Shown: positions 20,344 through 33,401, counted from the stretch's first letter. The stretch: DNA of 64,000 nt from an uncultured delta proteobacterium (GCA_963815115.1 CAWFFN010000008.1:288001-352000), one strand, 5' to 3'. Translations and numbers: made by a program. The notes: generated from the sequence alone by a model not told the origin.

Positions 20344-20811
20344 TCACCCCGCGGCGGCGCGCCGGCGCGGCGTCTCGGTCTTTCGGGTGTCCTTGCCCGT
20401 GTCCTTGCGGCGCGCCGGCTTCTTCTTCTTGCCGGTCCCGTCCGTGCCCTGACCCGGGCGGTCCACCAGCTCGACCAGCGAGAGCGCCGCCGCGTCCCCG
20501 GGGCGCACCCCGAGCTTGACCACCCGGACATAGCCTCCCGCACGTCCCGCATAACGCGGAGCGAGCTCGGCAAAGAGCTTCCGTACCACGCTCGCCTGTT
20601 GCACCAGCGCGGCGGCCCGGCGGCGCGCGTGCAGCGTGCCGTCCTTGCCGAGCGTGATCATGCGATCACCCCAGCGCTTGAGCTCCTTGGCCTTCCCATC
20701 CGTCGTCCGCACCGCCTCGTGCTCGAGGAGCGCCGTCACCAGGTTGCGCAGCAGGGCGCGACGGTGTGCCGGTGAGCGGCCGAGCTTCTTCCCTGCGACC
20801 CGATGGCGCAT
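20344..20811 (-). CDS. rplQ: 50S ribosomal protein L17
   Basis: [29 protein letters not shown]. Confidence 0.97.
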   Translation of the reverse strand: MRHRVAGKKLGRSPAHRRALLRNLVTALLEHEAVRTTDGKAKELKRWGDRMITLGKDGTLHARRRAAALVQQASVVRKLFAELAPRYAGRAGGYVRVVKLGVRPGDAAALSLVELVDRPGQGTDGTGKKKKPARRKDTGKDTRKTETPRRRAAAG

Positions 20812-20814
20812 GGC

Positions 20815-21879
<1,065 letters not shown>

Positions 21880-21904
21880 GGGCGCCTTCCTCTGTTCCCG
21901 TCGG

Positions 21905-22531
21905 CTACTTGGAATAGAGCTCGACGACCAGCTTCTCGTTGATGGGCATCGTCAGATCCGACCGCGCAGGAAGCGACTTCACGCGGCCGGCGAACGCCTC
22001 TGGGGTGATCTCGAGCCAGTCCGGCACTCCGCGCCGCTGCGCCAGCTCGAGGGACTCCTGGATGCGGGCCACCTTCTGGCTGCGGTCGCGCACGCTCACC
22101 GTGTCTCCCGCCCGGACCAGGAACGACGGCACGTTGACCTTGCGGCCGTTCACCCGGAAGTGGCCGTGGCGCACGAGCTGCCGCGCCTCGGCGCGCGAGG
22201 TGGCGAACCCGATGCGGTAGACGGTGTTGTCGAGCCGGCGCTCGAGCAGCTGGAGCAGCGTCTCGCCGGTCACGCCCTTGGCGCGGTCCGCCATCGAGAA
22301 ATACCGCCGGAACTGCCCCTCGAGGATGCCGTACATGCGGCGCAGCTTCTGCTTCTCGCGCAACTGGACCGAGTACTCCGAGAACTTCGGGCGCGCCTGG
22401 CCATGCTCCCCGGGTGGGTAGTTGCGGCGCTCGATGGCGCACTTGTCGGTGTAGCAGCGCTCGCCCTTGAGGAACAGCTTGAGTCCCTCACGACGGCACA
22501 GACGGCAAACCGCTCCGGTGTATCGTGCCAC
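21905..22531 (-). CDS. rpsD: 30S ribosomal protein S4 (Zn-binding form)
   Basis: [38 protein letters not shown]. Confidence 0.98.
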   Translation of the reverse strand: MARYTGAVCRLCRREGLKLFLKGERCYTDKCAIERRNYPPGEHGQARPKFSEYSVQLREKQKLRRMYGILEGQFRRYFSMADRAKGVTGETLLQLLERRLDNTVYRIGFATSRAEARQLVRHGHFRVNGRKVNVPSFLVRAGDTVSVRDRSQKVARIQESLELAQRRGVPDWLEITPEAFAGRVKSLPARSDLTMPINEKLVVELYSK

Positions 22532-22541
22532 GTGCGACTCC

Positions 22542-22970
22542 TCAGACCCGGCGCCGCTTCGGCGGCCGGCAGCCGTTGTGCGGGATCGGGGTGACGTCCT
22601 TGATGATGCTCACGGTGAAGCCCGCCGCCTGCAGGCTGCGCAGCGCGGATTCACGGCCCGAGCCCGGGCCCTTCACGAACACCTGCACGTGGCGCATGCC
22701 GAGATCGGCCGCCTTGCGTGCAGCCGCCTCCGCCGCCACCTGCGCCGCGAAGGGCGTCCCCTTGCGCGAGCCCTTGAAGCCGCACGACCCCGCGCTCGAC
22801 CAGACGAGCACGTTGCCCTGCGGGTCACTGACGGTGATGATCGTGTTGTTGAACGTCGAGTGAATGTGGAGCACGCCCTCCGCCACGAGCCGCTTCGACT
22901 TCTTGCGGCGAGCCGGTGCGGCCTCGGGCGCGGCGGGTCTCCCGCCGCTCGACTCCTGCTGCTTTGCCAC
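22542..22970 (-). CDS. rpsK: 30S ribosomal protein S11
   Basis: [33 protein letters not shown]. Confidence 0.98.
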   Translation of the reverse strand: MAKQQESSGGRPAAPEAAPARRKKSKRLVAEGVLHIHSTFNNTIITVSDPQGNVLVWSSAGSCGFKGSRKGTPFAAQVAAEAAARKAADLGMRHVQVFVKGPGSGRESALRSLQAAGFTVSIIKDVTPIPHNGCRPPKRRRV

Positions 22971-22997
22971 GAGTCCTCCTTGTGTTTCCCGTATGGA

Positions 22998-23381
22998 CTA
23001 GCCCTTGGAGGGCGCGGCTTTCTTCCCCGCGACGGTGCGTCGCGGGCCCTTCCGCGTCCGGGCGTTGGTGTGCGAGCGCTGGCCGCGCACCGGCAGATTC
23101 CGCCGATGCCGCAGGCCGCGGTAGCAGCCGAGGTCGACCAGGCGCTTGATGTTCGTCGTCGTGTCACGGCGGAGATCGCCCTCGACCTTGTACGAGGCAT
23201 CGATCTCGCGCCGGATCCGCGTGACGTCGTCGTCGGTCAGCTCGTCGCTCTTGCGTCCCGGATCGACCTGCGCCGCGGCACAGATGCGGAGCGCCGCAGA
23301 CCGGCCGATGCCGTAGATGTAGGTGAGTGCGATCTCCATGCGCTTGTTGCGCGGCAGATCGACCCCTGCGATGCGTGCCAT
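22998..23381 (-). CDS. rpsM: 30S ribosomal protein S13
   Basis: [32 protein letters not shown]. Confidence 0.98.
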   Translation of the reverse strand: MARIAGVDLPRNKRMEIALTYIYGIGRSAALRICAAAQVDPGRKSDELTDDDVTRIRREIDASYKVEGDLRRDTTTNIKRLVDLGCYRGLRHRRNLPVRGQRSHTNARTRKGPRRTVAGKKAAPSKG

Positions 23382-23447
23382 TTCGTTCCTGCCCTTCCTG
23401 TCTCTGCCTGTTCTTCGGGCCTATTCCTGGGGGACTCTTCCTGGGGC

Positions 23448-23561
23448 CTATCCCTGGCGCTGCTTGTGCCGCGGGTTCGAGCACAGGACGCGCACGACGC
23501 CCTGGCGCCTGATCACCTTGCATTTCCGGCAGATCGGCCGGACCGATGCTCGTACCTTCAT
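23448..23561 (-). CDS. rpmJ: 50S ribosomal protein L36 (not in ORF track)
   Basis: Manual translation [37 protein letters not shown]. Confidence 0.97.
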   Translation of the reverse strand: MKVRASVRPICRKCKVIRRQGVVRVLCSNPRHKQRQG

Positions 23562-23590
23562 GTGGTCACTTCCTCACGTCGTGGTCCCGC

Positions 23591-24352
23591 TCAGGGCCGG
23601 CTCAAGATATAGGGTCCGTCCGCCATGACGGCAACGGAGTGCTCGAAGTGCGCCGACAGGCGCCCATCCCGGGTCGCCGCGGTCCACCCGTCGTCCTTGA
23701 CGTATACCTCGGGACCCCCGGCGTTCACCATCGGCTCGATCGCGAGCACCAGCCCCTCCGAGAGCTTCACCCCCCGCGTCCCGGTCCGGTAGTTCGGTAC
23801 CTGGGGATCCTCGTGCAGGCTGCGCCCGATGCCGTGGCCGACGAACTCGCGCACCAGCGAGAAGCCGGCGCCCTCGGCGACGTCCTGGATGGCTCCGGAG
23901 ATGTCGGCGATGTGCGCCCCGGGCCGGATGGCCTCGATCCCGGCGGCCAGCGCCGCCGCGGTCACGTCCATCAGGCGCTGCGCCTCGGGGGACGTCCGGC
24001 CCACGGAGACGGTGCGGGCCGCGTCGCCGAAGTACCCCTCGCAGCACACGCCGAAGTCGAGGCCGACGAGGTCGCCGTCGCGCAGCACGCGCTCGCGGGA
24101 CGGGATGCCGTGCACTACCTCGTCGTTCACCGAGATGCAGATCGAGGCCGGGAACGTGCGGCCGCCCACGACGTAGCCCTTGAAGGCCGGCCGTGCGCCC
24201 CGCTTGTGGGTGAGCTCCTCGGCGAGCGCGTCGAGCTCCGCGGTGCTGACTCCCGGCCGCACCCGGGACGCGACCGCGGCCAGGATCTCGGCCACGATAC
24301 CGCTCGATCGCCGCATGCGCTCGATCTCGTCGGGGGACTTGAGCAGGATCAT
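23591..24352 (-). CDS. map: Methionine aminopeptidase type I
   Basis: ICISVNDEVVHGIP, GHGIG..LHEDP, AIEPMVN, SAHFEH. Confidence 0.96.
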   Translation of the reverse strand: MILLKSPDEIERMRRSSGIVAEILAAVASRVRPGVSTAELDALAEELTHKRGARPAFKGYVVGGRTFPASICISVNDEVVHGIPSRERVLRDGDLVGLDFGVCCEGYFGDAARTVSVGRTSPEAQRLMDVTAAALAAGIEAIRPGAHIADISGAIQDVAEGAGFSLVREFVGHGIGRSLHEDPQVPNYRTGTRGVKLSEGLVLAIEPMVNAGGPEVYVKDDGWTAATRDGRLSAHFEHSVAVMADGPYILSRP

Positions 24353-24990
24353 GGCAGGTTCGCCCGGATGCGTCCGAAGACGTCGTCCTGGGTCCCGGTT
24401 CCCTGCACCGGGCGCAGGAGTCCCGAGGCGCGATAGTAGTCCGCCACGGCCATCACCTCGCGCGCGTGCAGATCGAGGCGGATCGCGATCTGATCGGGCC
24501 GGTCGTCCTCGCGCTGGTAGAGCTCCCCGCCGCAGCGGTCGCAGCGTGCCGGGTGCTCGGGCGGATTCGACGACGCATGGTACATCGCCCCGCAACCGCG
24601 GCACACCAGACGGCCCGACAGCCGGCGGATCAGCTCCTCGCGCGGCACCTCGACGGCAACGACGGCGTCGAGGCAGGCGCCGCGCTTGCTCAGCAGCCGC
24701 TCGAGCTCGTGCGCCTGCGGCACCGTGCGCGGGAAGCCGTCGAGGATGAAGCCGCGCGTGCAGTCGGCGGCTTCCAGGCGTTGCTCCACCAGGCCGATGA
24801 CCACCTCGTCCGGGACCAGCTGTCCCGCATCCATGTACCGCCGCGCGGCGGCACCGAGCGAGCTGCCATCATGCTCGGCCGCGCGGAGCATGTCACCCGT
24901 CGAGATCTGCGGGACGCCGACGGCCTGTTGCAGGAGGCGGGCCTGTGTCCCCTTGCCGGCGCCGGGAGGTCCCAGCATCACCACGCGCAC
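24349..24990 (-). CDS. adk: Adenylate kinase
   Basis: GPPGAGKGTQA, ISTGDMLR, LDGFPRT, Zn-lid CxxC..CxxC. Confidence 0.97.
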   Translation of the reverse strand: MRVVMLGPPGAGKGTQARLLQQAVGVPQISTGDMLRAAEHDGSSLGAAARRYMDAGQLVPDEVVIGLVEQRLEAADCTRGFILDGFPRTVPQAHELERLLSKRGACLDAVVAVEVPREELIRRLSGRLVCRGCGAMYHASSNPPEHPARCDRCGGELYQREDDRPDQIAIRLDLHAREVMAVADYYRASGLLRPVQGTGTQDDVFGRIRANLP

Positions 24991-25000
24991 GTCACCTCCC

Positions 25001-26311
25001 TCACCGCCTGCCCCGGATCCGTCCGCGCTTCATGAACCCCTCGTAGCTCCGGGAGATCATGTGCGTCTCCATGGCCGCGATGGTGTCGAGGGCGACGCCG
25101 ACCACGATGAGGAGCGCGGTGCCCCCGAAGTAGAAGGGGACACGCAGCTGGGAGATGAGGATCGTCGGGAGCACGCAGATCGCCGCGACGTAGAGGGCGC
25201 CCGCCAGCGTGATGCGCACCAGGATCCGATCGATGAAGTCCGCCGTGCGCGGTCCCGGTCGGATGCCGGGGATGTAACCGCCGAACTTCTTCAAATTGTC
25301 GGACACGTCACTCGGGTTGAAGGTGACGGCGGTGTAGAAGTAGCAGAAGAAGATGATCAGCCCGACGTCGACCAGGCTGTAGACAATCGAGCCCGGGGTC
25401 AGGGCATGCGAGACCCTCTGGGCGATCGGGTTGTCGCCGAACATGCTCGCGATGCTGGCCGGGAAGAGCAGCACGGACGAGGCGAAGATGGGCGGGATGA
25501 CGCCCGCCGTGTTGACCTTGAGCGGCAGGTGCGAGCTCTGCCCGCTGTAGACCCTGCGCCCCACCACGCGCTTCGCGTACTGCACCGGGATGCGGCGCTG
25601 GCCGCGCTCCATGAAGATGATCACGGCGACGACGATCACGGCGACGACCGCCATGAAGAGCGCCGCGAAGATCGACAGCTCTCGCTGGCGGACGAACTCC
25701 AGGGTGGTGAGGACGGCGTTCGGCAGCTGCGCCACGATGCCGGCGAAGATGATCAGGGAGATGCCGTTGCCGATGCCGCGCTCCGTCATCTGCTCGCCGA
25801 GCCACATGATGAATGCCGTCCCGGTCGTGAGCGTGATCATGGTCATGATGCGGAATCCCCACCCCGGCGCGAACACCACGCCGGCGCCGCCCGGCGCCTG
25901 GATGCTCTCGAGACCGGCCGAGATGAAGAAGCTCTGCACCAGGGACAGCGCGACCGTGCCGTAGCGCGTGTACTGCGTGATCTTGCGCCGGCCGATCTCG
26001 CCTTCCTTCGACAGCTTCTCGAGGTAGGGGATGACGACGGTGAGGAGCTGGAGGATGATGCTCGCGCTGATGTACGGCATGATGCCGAGCGCGAAGATCG
26101 AGAAGCGCTCGAGCGCGCCGCCCGAGAACAGGTTGACCAGGCCGAGGATGTTGCTGCGGGCGTTGGCGAAGAACTGCGCCAGCGCCTGGCCGTCGATCCC
26201 GGGCGTGGGCACGTGGCAACCCAGGCGAAAGACGGCGAGGGCTCCTGCCGTGAAGGCCACCCGCTTGCGCAGCTCGGGCATCCGGGACGCGCTGGAGAAT
26301 CCCTCAAGCAC
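25001..26311 (-). CDS. secY: Preprotein translocase SecY
   Basis: [44 protein letters not shown]. Confidence 0.98.
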   Translation of the reverse strand: MLEGFSSASRMPELRKRVAFTAGALAVFRLGCHVPTPGIDGQALAQFFANARSNILGLVNLFSGGALERFSIFALGIMPYISASIILQLLTVVIPYLEKLSKEGEIGRRKITQYTRYGTVALSLVQSFFISAGLESIQAPGGAGVVFAPGWGFRIMTMITLTTGTAFIMWLGEQMTERGIGNGISLIIFAGIVAQLPNAVLTTLEFVRQRELSIFAALFMAVVAVIVVAVIIFMERGQRRIPVQYAKRVVGRRVYSGQSSHLPLKVNTAGVIPPIFASSVLLFPASIASMFGDNPIAQRVSHALTPGSIVYSLVDVGLIIFFCYFYTAVTFNPSDVSDNLKKFGGYIPGIRPGPRTADFIDRILVRITLAGALYVAAICVLPTILISQLRVPFYFGGTALLIVVGVALDTIAAMETHMISRSYEGFMKRGRIRGRR

Positions 26312-26747
26312 CGAGCACCTCCACGGTGCCGCCCGCGGCGGAGATCGCCTCCCGTGCGCCCGCGCTGAAGGCGTGGGCGCGCACGGTGAGGGCGTGCGCC
26401 AGCGACCCCTTGCCCAGGCACTTCACGAGGCCGCGCTTGTGGATCAGGCCGTGCGCCCGGAGGTCGTCCGGCCCGACCGTCGTGCCGGCGGGGAACCCCG
26501 CAAGCTGCCCGATGTTGACGACGGCGTAGGTGGTGCGTGCCAGGGGACGGAAGCCGCGCTTGGGGAGACGGCGCTGGAGCGGCATCTGGCCGCCCTCGTA
26601 CCCGGGCGGGCTGTTGCCGCCCGACCGCGACAGGCGTCCCTTGTGGCCCCGCCCGGCCGTCTTGCCGTTGCCCGAGCCGGGACCGCGCCCGATGCGTCGC
26701 CGGCGGCGCGTCGCCCCCGGGGCGGGGTGAAGATGGCCGAGGTCCAT
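26304..26747 (-). CDS. rplO: 50S ribosomal protein L15
   Basis: [34 protein letters not shown]. Confidence 0.97.
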   Translation of the reverse strand: MDLGHLHPAPGATRRRRRIGRGPGSGNGKTAGRGHKGRLSRSGGNSPPGYEGGQMPLQRRLPKRGFRPLARTTYAVVNIGQLAGFPAGTTVGPDDLRAHGLIHKRGLVKCLGKGSLAHALTVRAHAFSAGAREAISAAGGTVEVLGA

Positions 26748-26751
26748 GCCG

Positions 26752-26934
26752 CTAGCCCTCCGTCTCCACCAGGTGCGCCACCGCGCGCAGCATGCCACGG
26801 ACGGGGGGCGAGTCCTTCAGGATGACGGAGCGGCCGAGCCGGGTGAGCCCGAGGCCGCGCAGCGTGGCGCGCTGACGCGGGCTCGTCCCGATGGCGCTCC
26901 GCCGGAGAGTGGCCTTGACGATGCGCTCGCTCAT
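26752..26934 (-). CDS. rpmD: 50S ribosomal protein L30
   Basis: [24 protein letters not shown]; spc operon position. Confidence 0.94.
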   Translation of the reverse strand: MSERIVKATLRRSAIGTSPRQRATLRGLGLTRLGRSVILKDSPPVRGMLRAVAHLVETEG

Positions 26935-27458
26935 CCGTGCAGCTCGGCGACCGTCTTGCCGCGCAGCGCCGCCACCTGGTCCGGCTTCCGCAGCGTGCGC
27001 AGCGCCTCCATCGTGGCGCGTACCATGTTGTTGGGGTTGTTCGATCCGATGCACTTCGTGAGCACGTTGGCCAGTCCAGCCAGCTCGACCACCGCCCGCA
27101 CGCCGCCGCCCGCGATGACGCCGGTGCCGTCCGACGCGGGCTTGAGCAGCACCTCACCGGCGCCGAACCGCCCGGTCACCTCGAAGGGGATGGTGCCCTC
27201 GATCAGCGGTACGTCCACCATGTCCTTCTTGGCTTTCTCGATACCCTTGCGGATGGCCTCGGGAACTTCCTTCGCCTTGCCGAGCCCGAAGCCGACGCGC
27301 CCGGCGCTGTCGCCGACCACGACGAGCGCGCTGAAGCTGAACCGCCGCCCGCCCTTCACGACTTTCGCCACGCGGTTGATGTGGACGACCTTCTCCTTCA
27401 GCTCGGCGCCTCGATCGTCGACGATGCGTCTGGGGCTGCTGGGACCCGACTGTGCCAT
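26931..27458 (-). CDS. rpsE: 30S ribosomal protein S5
   Basis: [32 protein letters not shown]. Confidence 0.97.
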   Translation of the reverse strand: MAQSGPSSPRRIVDDRGAELKEKVVHINRVAKVVKGGRRFSFSALVVVGDSAGRVGFGLGKAKEVPEAIRKGIEKAKKDMVDVPLIEGTIPFEVTGRFGAGEVLLKPASDGTGVIAGGGVRAVVELAGLANVLTKCIGSNNPNNMVRATMEALRTLRKPDQVAALRGKTVAELHG

Positions 27459-27471
27459 GTCTCGCCTTCTT

Positions 27472-27834
27472 TCAGAACTGGAGGCCGCCCTCGCGCGCAC
27501 CATCCGCCACTGCGCGCACGCGGCCGTGATACAGGAAGCCATTGCGGTCGAACACCACGCGCTTGATGCCCTTCTCCTGGCAGCGGCGCGCGGTGAGCAA
27601 GCCGACCTGCTTGGCGGCGCCGACGTCGGCGGTCTTCGCCAGCTGCGGCCGCAGCTCGGCGGTGAGCGTCGACACTGCGAGGATCGTGCGGCGGGACTCG
27701 TCCGTGATCACCTGCACGTAGATGTGGCGGTCGCTGCGATATACCGACAGGCGCGGGCGCTCGTCGGTGCCACGCACCCGACGGCGTACACGGTCCCGGC
27801 GGCGGCCTCGCGCTTCGACTCGCGTAACCGACAT
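27472..27834 (-). CDS. rplR: 50S ribosomal protein L18
   Basis: [31 protein letters not shown]. Confidence 0.97.
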   Translation of the reverse strand: MSVTRVEARGRRRDRVRRRVRGTDERPRLSVYRSDRHIYVQVITDESRRTILAVSTLTAELRPQLAKTADVGAAKQVGLLTARRCQEKGIKRVVFDRNGFLYHGRVRAVADGAREGGLQF

Positions 27835-28379
27835 CAGCGTGCTCCCGCCGCGGCCTTGCCGGCCTTGCGGCGAATGGTTTCCGTCGCGTACTTGATGCCC
27901 TTGCCCTTGTACGGCTCCGGCGGACGCAGCCGCCGGACGGCCGCTGCCGTCTGGCCGAGCATCTCGCGATCGCCCCCCTCGAGCGTCACCACCACCTGGC
28001 GCTCGACCTTGGCGGTGATGCCGGGCGGCAGCTGGTAGGCGATCGGGTGAGAATAGCCGAGGGTCAAGAAGAGGACATTGCCGCGCGCCTCGGCACGGTA
28101 GCCCACGCCGCTGATCTCGAGCACCTTGGTGAAGCCCACCCCGGCGCCCTGGACCATGTTGGCGAGAAGCTTGCGCGTCAGGCCATGAACGCTGCGCGCG
28201 CGGCGGGAGTCGTCGCGGCGATGCACGAGCGCGGTCTTGCCCTCGATCGTGACGGAGACCTCGGGCTCGAGCGTGCGCGTGAGGGTGCCCTTCGGTCCCT
28301 CGACGCGAATCGTTCCGTCGCTCACGTGCAGCTTCACCGTGTCCGGAATGGAGACGGGCATGCGTCCGATGCGTGACAT
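27834..28379 (-). CDS. rplF: 50S ribosomal protein L6
   Basis: MSRIGRMP, GVGYRA, PEPYKGKGIKY. Confidence 0.97.
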   Translation of the reverse strand: MSRIGRMPVSIPDTVKLHVSDGTIRVEGPKGTLTRTLEPEVSVTIEGKTALVHRRDDSRRARSVHGLTRKLLANMVQGAGVGFTKVLEISGVGYRAEARGNVLFLTLGYSHPIAYQLPPGITAKVERQVVVTLEGGDREMLGQTAAAVRRLRPPEPYKGKGIKYATETIRRKAGKAAAGAR

Positions 28380-28426
28380 GGCGTCCTCAGGGGTCCTTCG
28401 TGGTCGGTATCGTCGTCACCGTCCGG

Positions 28427-28822
28427 TCACCAGATCTGGCAGATCACCTCGCCGCCCACGCCCTGGCGGCGTGCCTCGCGGTCGGGGAGGATGCCCTTGG
28501 GCGTCGAGAGGATGCTGACGCCGAGCCCCCGGCGCACCGAGGGGATCTCGCCGCTTCCGACGTAGACGCGCAGGCTCGGACGGCTCACCCGGCGGATACC
28601 GGTGATCACCGGGTGGCGGGTCTGGTCGTAGCGCAGTCCGAGCCGCAGGGTGGGGAACTGCCCCTCCTGGACCATCGCGGCCTCGCCGAGGTAGCCCTCG
28701 TCGACGAGCACGCGCGCGATGGCCTCCTTGTGCCGGGACCACGGCACGTCGACGCTGGCCTTGCGCGCACCGGCGCCGTTGCGGATGCGCGTCAGCATGT
28801 CCGCGATGGGATCGGTCATCAT
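28427..28822 (-). CDS. rpsH: 30S ribosomal protein S8
   Basis: TDPIADMLTRIRN, SRPSLRVY, GGEVIC. Confidence 0.97.
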   Translation of the reverse strand: MMTDPIADMLTRIRNGAGARKASVDVPWSRHKEAIARVLVDEGYLGEAAMVQEGQFPTLRLGLRYDQTRHPVITGIRRVSRPSLRVYVGSGEIPSVRRGLGVSILSTPKGILPDREARRQGVGGEVICQIW

Positions 28823-28829
28823 GGGCGGA

Positions 28830-29015
28830 TCACCAGCTCGCCTTCACGAGACCCGGAATCTGCCCCTTGCGGGCGAGGCCGCGCAGGCAGAGGCGGCACA
28901 TCCGGAAGCGCCGGTAGAAGGCCCGCGGACGCCCGCAGAGCGGACAGCGGTTGTAGGCCCGGACCCGGAACTTCGGGGGCCGGGATGCTTTCACCATGAG
29001 ACAGGTCTTGGCCAT
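28830..29015 (-). CDS. rpsN: 30S ribosomal protein S14, Zn-binding type Z
   Basis: [25 protein letters not shown] (61 aa). Confidence 0.96.
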   Translation of the reverse strand: MAKTCLMVKASRPPKFRVRAYNRCPLCGRPRAFYRRFRMCRLCLRGLARKGQIPGLVKASW

Positions 29016-29026
29016 GGATCGATCCT

Positions 29027-29569
29027 TCAGGCCCGGAAGGGCATGCCGAGGCCGCGCAGCAGCGCCTTGCCCTCGGCGTCGGTGCGAGCGGTGGTGCAAA
29101 TCACGATGGTCAGTCCTTTGATCTTGTCGACCTTGTCGAGGTTGATCTCCGGGAAGATCACCTGCTCCCGGAGTCCCAGCGAGTAGTTGCCGCGACCGTC
29201 GAAAGACCGGTCGGGCACTCCCTTGAAGTCGCGCACCCGTGGCAGCGCGGCAGCCACGAGCCGGTCGAGGAACTCGTACATGCGGTCGCCCCGCAACGTC
29301 ACCATGGTACCGATGGGCATCCCCTCGCGCAGCTTGAAGTTCGAGATCGCCTTCTTCGCCTTGGTGATCACCGGCTTCTGCCCGGCGATGGCGGTCAGCT
29401 CCTCCACCGCCGAGTCGATGATCTTCGGGTTCTGGACCGCCTCTCCCAGGCCCATGTTGAGGATGATCTTCTCGAGGCGCGGAACGGCCATGATGTTGCC
29501 GTAGCCGAGCTCGCGCATGAGCGCGGGGGCGACCTCGGAGCGGTATCGTTCGCGCAGGCGGGACGCCAT
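29027..29569 (-). CDS. rplE: 50S ribosomal protein L5
   Basis: [30 protein letters not shown]. Confidence 0.97.
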   Translation of the reverse strand: MASRLRERYRSEVAPALMRELGYGNIMAVPRLEKIILNMGLGEAVQNPKIIDSAVEELTAIAGQKPVITKAKKAISNFKLREGMPIGTMVTLRGDRMYEFLDRLVAAALPRVRDFKGVPDRSFDGRGNYSLGLREQVIFPEINLDKVDKIKGLTIVICTTARTDAEGKALLRGLGMPFRA

Positions 29570-29571
29570 GA

Positions 29572-29898
29572 TCACCCCTGCTCCAGCGTGTCGCCGCAGC
29601 GCCTGCACACGCGCACGCCGCGCCCGTCCTCGAGACGGCGGTGACCGATCCGCGCCGGCTTGTTGCACCGGGCGCAGAGCAGCACGACGTTCGAGGCGTG
29701 GACCGAGGCTTCCTTCTCGACGATGCCGCCCTGCTGCTGGACCCCGCGCGGCTTCACGTGCCGCTTGACCAGATTGAGGCGCTCGATCAGGACGCGGTCG
29801 CGCTCGCTCAGCACACGGAGAATCTTGCCCGTCTTGCCACGCTCGCGCCCGGCGATGACGATCACGGTGTCGTTCCTGCGCAGCCGCTGTACCGCCAT
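29572..29898 (-). CDS. rplX: 50S ribosomal protein L24
   Basis: [28 protein letters not shown]. Confidence 0.96.
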   Translation of the reverse strand: MAVQRLRRNDTVIVIAGRERGKTGKILRVLSERDRVLIERLNLVKRHVKPRGVQQQGGIVEKEASVHASNVVLLCARCNKPARIGHRRLEDGRGVRVCRRCGDTLEQG

Positions 29899-29900
29899 GC

Positions 29901-30269
29901 TCACAGCACCTCGGGCGCGAGCGAGATGATCTTCATGAACCGCTTCGCACGCAGCTCGCGAGCGACCGGGCCGAAGATACGCGTGCCCACCGGCTCGCGA
30001 GCGTTGTCGATGAGCACCGCCGAGTTGGTGTCGAACCGGATGTAGGAACCGTCGGTCCGCCCGATCTCCTTCGCGGTACGCACCACCACCGCCTTCATCA
30101 CGTCGCCCTTCTTCACCTTCGCGTTCGGGATGGCCTCCTTGACGGAGACCACGATGATGTCGCCGACCGAGGCGTACTTGCGGCGGCTGCCCCCGAGGAC
30201 CTTGATGCAGAGGACCTTCCGGGCACCGCTGTTGTCGGCCACGTCGAGCACGCTCTCGACCTGGATCAT
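29901..30269 (-). CDS. rplN: 50S ribosomal protein L14
   Basis: [27 protein letters not shown]. Confidence 0.98.
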   Translation of the reverse strand: MIQVESVLDVADNSGARKVLCIKVLGGSRRKYASVGDIIVVSVKEAIPNAKVKKGDVMKAVVVRTAKEIGRTDGSYIRFDTNSAVLIDNAREPVGTRIFGPVARELRAKRFMKIISLAPEVL

Positions 30270-30562
30270 CCCGGGATCCCCGGATCGGCGAGCGATTCGT
30301 TGCGCCCGAGCACTGCCTGCACCGTCCAGCGTTTCTGCGCCGACAGGGGCCGCGATTCGACGATGCGCACGCGGTCACCGACGCGACAGCGGTTGGTCTC
30401 GTCGTGCGCCTTGTAGCGAGCACGGCGGCGACGGAACTTGTGGTAGCGCTGGTGGCGCACGAGGCGCTCCACGACGACGACCACGGTCTTGTCCATCTTG
30501 TCGGACACCACCAGGCCGTCGCGCACCTTGCGCCGGGTCGTCGTCGTCGTCGGGGATGTCAT
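30266..30562 (-). CDS. rpsQ: 30S ribosomal protein S17
   Basis: [32 protein letters not shown]. Confidence 0.96.
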   Translation of the reverse strand: MTSPTTTTTRRKVRDGLVVSDKMDKTVVVVVERLVRHQRYHKFRRRRARYKAHDETNRCRVGDRVRIVESRPLSAQKRWTVQAVLGRNESLADPGIPG

Positions 30563-30765
30563 CGCACGCCTCCGGGCTCTGCCGTGCGCTCGCGCAGCAG
30601 CGTCTTCACGCGCGCCAGCGCCCGCCGTGCCTCGCGCATCTTCATGGGATCGGGCAGCTGCGCCGTGGCGCGCTTGAGCCGGAGATGAAAGACCTCGCCG
30701 ACCAGCTCGCGCTCGCGGGCGCGCAGCTCGTCGACGCTCAGCTCCTTCAGCTCCCGCAGCTTCAC
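30559..30765 (-). CDS. rpmC: 50S ribosomal protein L29
   Basis: [24 protein letters not shown]; GTG start overlaps the rplP stop. Confidence 0.94.
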   Translation of the reverse strand: MKLRELKELSVDELRARERELVGEVFHLRLKRATAQLPDPMKMREARRALARVKTLLRERTAEPGGVR

Positions 30766-31184
30766 AGTGCGCCTCCCGCGTGGCGCTCGCGCACCTGCGT
30801 CGGCAGCGACAGCTTGGCGGCGGCCAGCTTGAGCGCCTGGCGAGCGGCGTCGCGCTCCACTCCCTCCATCTCGAAGAGCATGCGGCCGGGCTTGACCACC
30901 GCCACCCACATCTCGGGCGATCCCTTACCCTTGCCCATGCGCGTCTCCGCCGGCTTCTTGGTGAGCGGCTTGTCCGGGAACACCCGCACCCAGACGCGAC
31001 CGCCACGCTTGATCGCGCGCGTCAACGCGACGCGGGCCGCCTCGATCTCGCGAGCGCTCAGCCACCCGCGCTCGAGCGTCTGCAGCCCGTAGTCGCCGAA
31101 GGCGAGCGACGAGCCGCGCCACGCCGTGCCGCCGCGCCGGCCCTTCTGCATCTTGCGCCACTTGACCTTCTTGGGTGCGAGCAT
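30762..31184 (-). CDS. rplP: 50S ribosomal protein L16
   Basis: [23 protein letters not shown]. Confidence 0.97.
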   Translation of the reverse strand: MLAPKKVKWRKMQKGRRGGTAWRGSSLAFGDYGLQTLERGWLSAREIEAARVALTRAIKRGGRVWVRVFPDKPLTKKPAETRMGKGKGSPEMWVAVVKPGRMLFEMEGVERDAARQALKLAAAKLSLPTQVRERHAGGAL

Positions 31185-31196
31185 GACGGCGTCGAC

Positions 31197-31860
31197 TCAG
31201 GCGCCGGTGGCGGCGCGCTGCTCCTCCTCCTGGCGTGTCAGCACCTCGCCGCGGAAGATCCACACCCGGACGCCGATGATGCCGTGCGTGGTCTTGGCCT
31301 CGGCGAAGCCGTAGTTCACGTCGGCGCGCAGCGTGTGCAGCGGCACACGGCCCTCGCGATACCACTCCGTGCGGGCGATCTCCGATCCGCCGAGGCGGCC
31401 GGCCGACTGGATGCGGACTCCCTGTGCGCCCATCCGCATGGCGCGTGCGAGCGCTTCCTTCATCGCGCGGCGAAAGGCCACGCGCCGCTCGAGCTGGAGG
31501 GCGACGTTCTCCGCGACGAGCTGGGCGTCGACGTCCGGTCGGCGCACCTCGTGGATGTTGATGAAGGTCTCCTTCTTGGTGAGCCGCGACAGCTCCTGCT
31601 TGAGCTTCTCGATCTCGGCGCCCTTCTTGCCGATCACGATGCCGGGGCGCGCGGTGTGGATGTTGATCTTCGCCTTGTTCGCCGCGCGCTCGATGTCGAT
31701 CTTCGAGACGCCTGCGTGATAGAGCCGCTTCTTCAAGAAGTTCCGGGATCTTGATGTCCTCGTGCAGCAGGTCGGAATACTCGCGCCGCGCGAACCAGCG
31801 CGAATCCCAGTTCTCGGTGATGTTCAGCCGGAATCCCTTCGGATGGACCTTTTGTCCCAC
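31197..31860 (-). CDS. rpsC: 30S ribosomal protein S3; +1 indel near 31746
   Basis: [19 protein letters not shown] then shift to [29 protein letters not shown]; span 664 nt = 3n+1. Confidence 0.95.
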
Positions 31861-31862
31861 GC

Positions 31863-32213
31863 TCAGGCCTCCGCGCCGCTGCGGCGCTCGTCGACGATCA
31901 CGGTGATGTGGCTGCTGCGCTTGAAGACGGGAGTGGCCCGACCATGTGCCCGCGGGGTGAAACGCTTCGCGGTGGGCCCCTCGTCCACCCATACCCGCTT
32001 GACGTAGAGCGCGTCCACGTCCACGCGCTGCCCGTGCTCGGCGTTGGCGACGGCCGACTTGAGCGTCTTCGCGACCACGCGAGCGGCGCGCTTCGGGGTG
32101 TACTCGAGGATGCCCAGGGCAGCCTCGACCGATTGGCCGCGGATGAGGTCCACCACCAGGCGGGTCTTCTGCGCCGTCATCCGCGAGAATCGGCTGGTCG
32201 CGCGTGCTTCCAT
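31863..32213 (-). CDS. rplV: 50S ribosomal protein L22
   Basis: [33 protein letters not shown]. Confidence 0.97.
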   Translation of the reverse strand: MEARATSRFSRMTAQKTRLVVDLIRGQSVEAALGILEYTPKRAARVVAKTLKSAVANAEHGQRVDVDALYVKRVWVDEGPTAKRFTPRAHGRATPVFKRSSHITVIVDERRSGAEA

Positions 32214-32215
32214 CG

Positions 32216-32539
32216 CTACTTCCGCGGCGCCGCTCCGGGCGCTGCCGGCGCGGGCGCGGCGCTCTCGACCTTGCCCTTGCGATCGCCGGAGTGCCCATGG
32301 AACGTGCGCGTCGGCGAGAACTCGCCCAGCTTGTGCCCGACGGCGTTCTCCGTGACGAACACGGGGATGAATTTCCGCCCGTTGTGCACGGCGAAGGTGA
32401 ACCCGACCATCTCCGGGGTCACCGTCGATCGGCGCGACCAGGTCTTCACGACCCGCTTCTCGCCGGACTCGAGCATCGCCCGCACCCGCTTCACGAGGTG
32501 GAGATCGACGAAAGGACCTTTCTTTACCGAGCGTGCCAC
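32216..32539 (-). CDS. rpsS: 30S ribosomal protein S19
   Basis: [29 protein letters not shown]. Confidence 0.97.
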   Translation of the reverse strand: MARSVKKGPFVDLHLVKRVRAMLESGEKRVVKTWSRRSTVTPEMVGFTFAVHNGRKFIPVFVTENAVGHKLGEFSPTRTFHGHSGDRKGKVESAAPAPAAPGAAPRK

Positions 32540-32573
32540 GCTGAGCGACTCCTTGTCGTTCCGGAAGCGTTCT

Positions 32574-33398
32574 CTACTTGTTCTTGCGGCGCTGGAGGAT
32601 GAACTTGTCCGTGCGCTTGTTGTGCCGCGTCTTGTAGCCCTTGGTGGGCTTGCCCCAGGGCGTCTGCGGATGATTGCCCTTCGAGCGCCCCTCGCCGCCG
32701 CCGTGCGGATGGTCGACCGGATTCATCGCGATCCCGCGCACGTGTGACCGCCGCCCGAGCCAGCGCACCCGGCCGGCCTTGCCGTGCGACAGGTTCTCGT
32801 GCTCGAGGTTGCCGACCTGCCCGACCGTGGCCCGGCAGGCCAGGCGCACGCGGCGCAGCTCGCTCGACGGGAGCTTGAGCAACGCGTAGTCACCTTCCTT
32901 CGCCATGAGCTGGATGGCGGCGCCGGCGCTCCGCCCGAGCTGCGCGCCGCGGCCCGGTCGCATCTCCACGGCGTGGACCGTCGTGCCCAGCGGGATGCTG
33001 GCGAGCGGCAGGCTGTTGCCCGGCTTGATGTCGGCCTGGGGACCGGTCTCGACCGTGGCGCCGACCGCGAGTCCGACCGCCGCCAGGATGTAGCCCCTGG
33101 CCCCGTCCGCATATTTGAGCAGCGCGATGCGCGCGGAGCGGTTCGGATCGTACTCGATGGCCTCGACCACGGCGCGCACGCCGATCTTGTCACGCCGGAA
33201 GTCGATGACCCGGTAAAGGCGCTTGTGCCCGCCACCCCGGTGCCGCGCGGTCATCCGGCCGCGGTTGTTGCGGCCGCCGGACTTGTGCAGGGGCTCCGTG
33301 AGGGACGGCTCGGGACGCGTCTTGGTGATCTCGCTGAAATCGAAGCCGGTGCGGAAGCGACGCCCGGGAGACGTGGGACGGAACTGAATGATCGGCAC
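32574..33398 (-). CDS. rplB: 50S ribosomal protein L2
   Basis: [32 protein letters not shown]. Confidence 0.98.
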   Translation of the reverse strand: MPIIQFRPTSPGRRFRTGFDFSEITKTRPEPSLTEPLHKSGGRNNRGRMTARHRGGGHKRLYRVIDFRRDKIGVRAVVEAIEYDPNRSARIALLKYADGARGYILAAVGLAVGATVETGPQADIKPGNSLPLASIPLGTTVHAVEMRPGRGAQLGRSAGAAIQLMAKEGDYALLKLPSSELRRVRLACRATVGQVGNLEHENLSHGKAGRVRWLGRRSHVRGIAMNPVDHPHGGGEGRSKGNHPQTPWGKPTKGYKTRHNKRTDKFILQRRKNK

Positions 33399-33401
33399 GA
33401 C

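Noticed and set aside
23562-23590. infA missing between map and rpmJ
   Set aside because: infA is often located elsewhere in deltaproteobacteria-like genomes, so this is not unusual.
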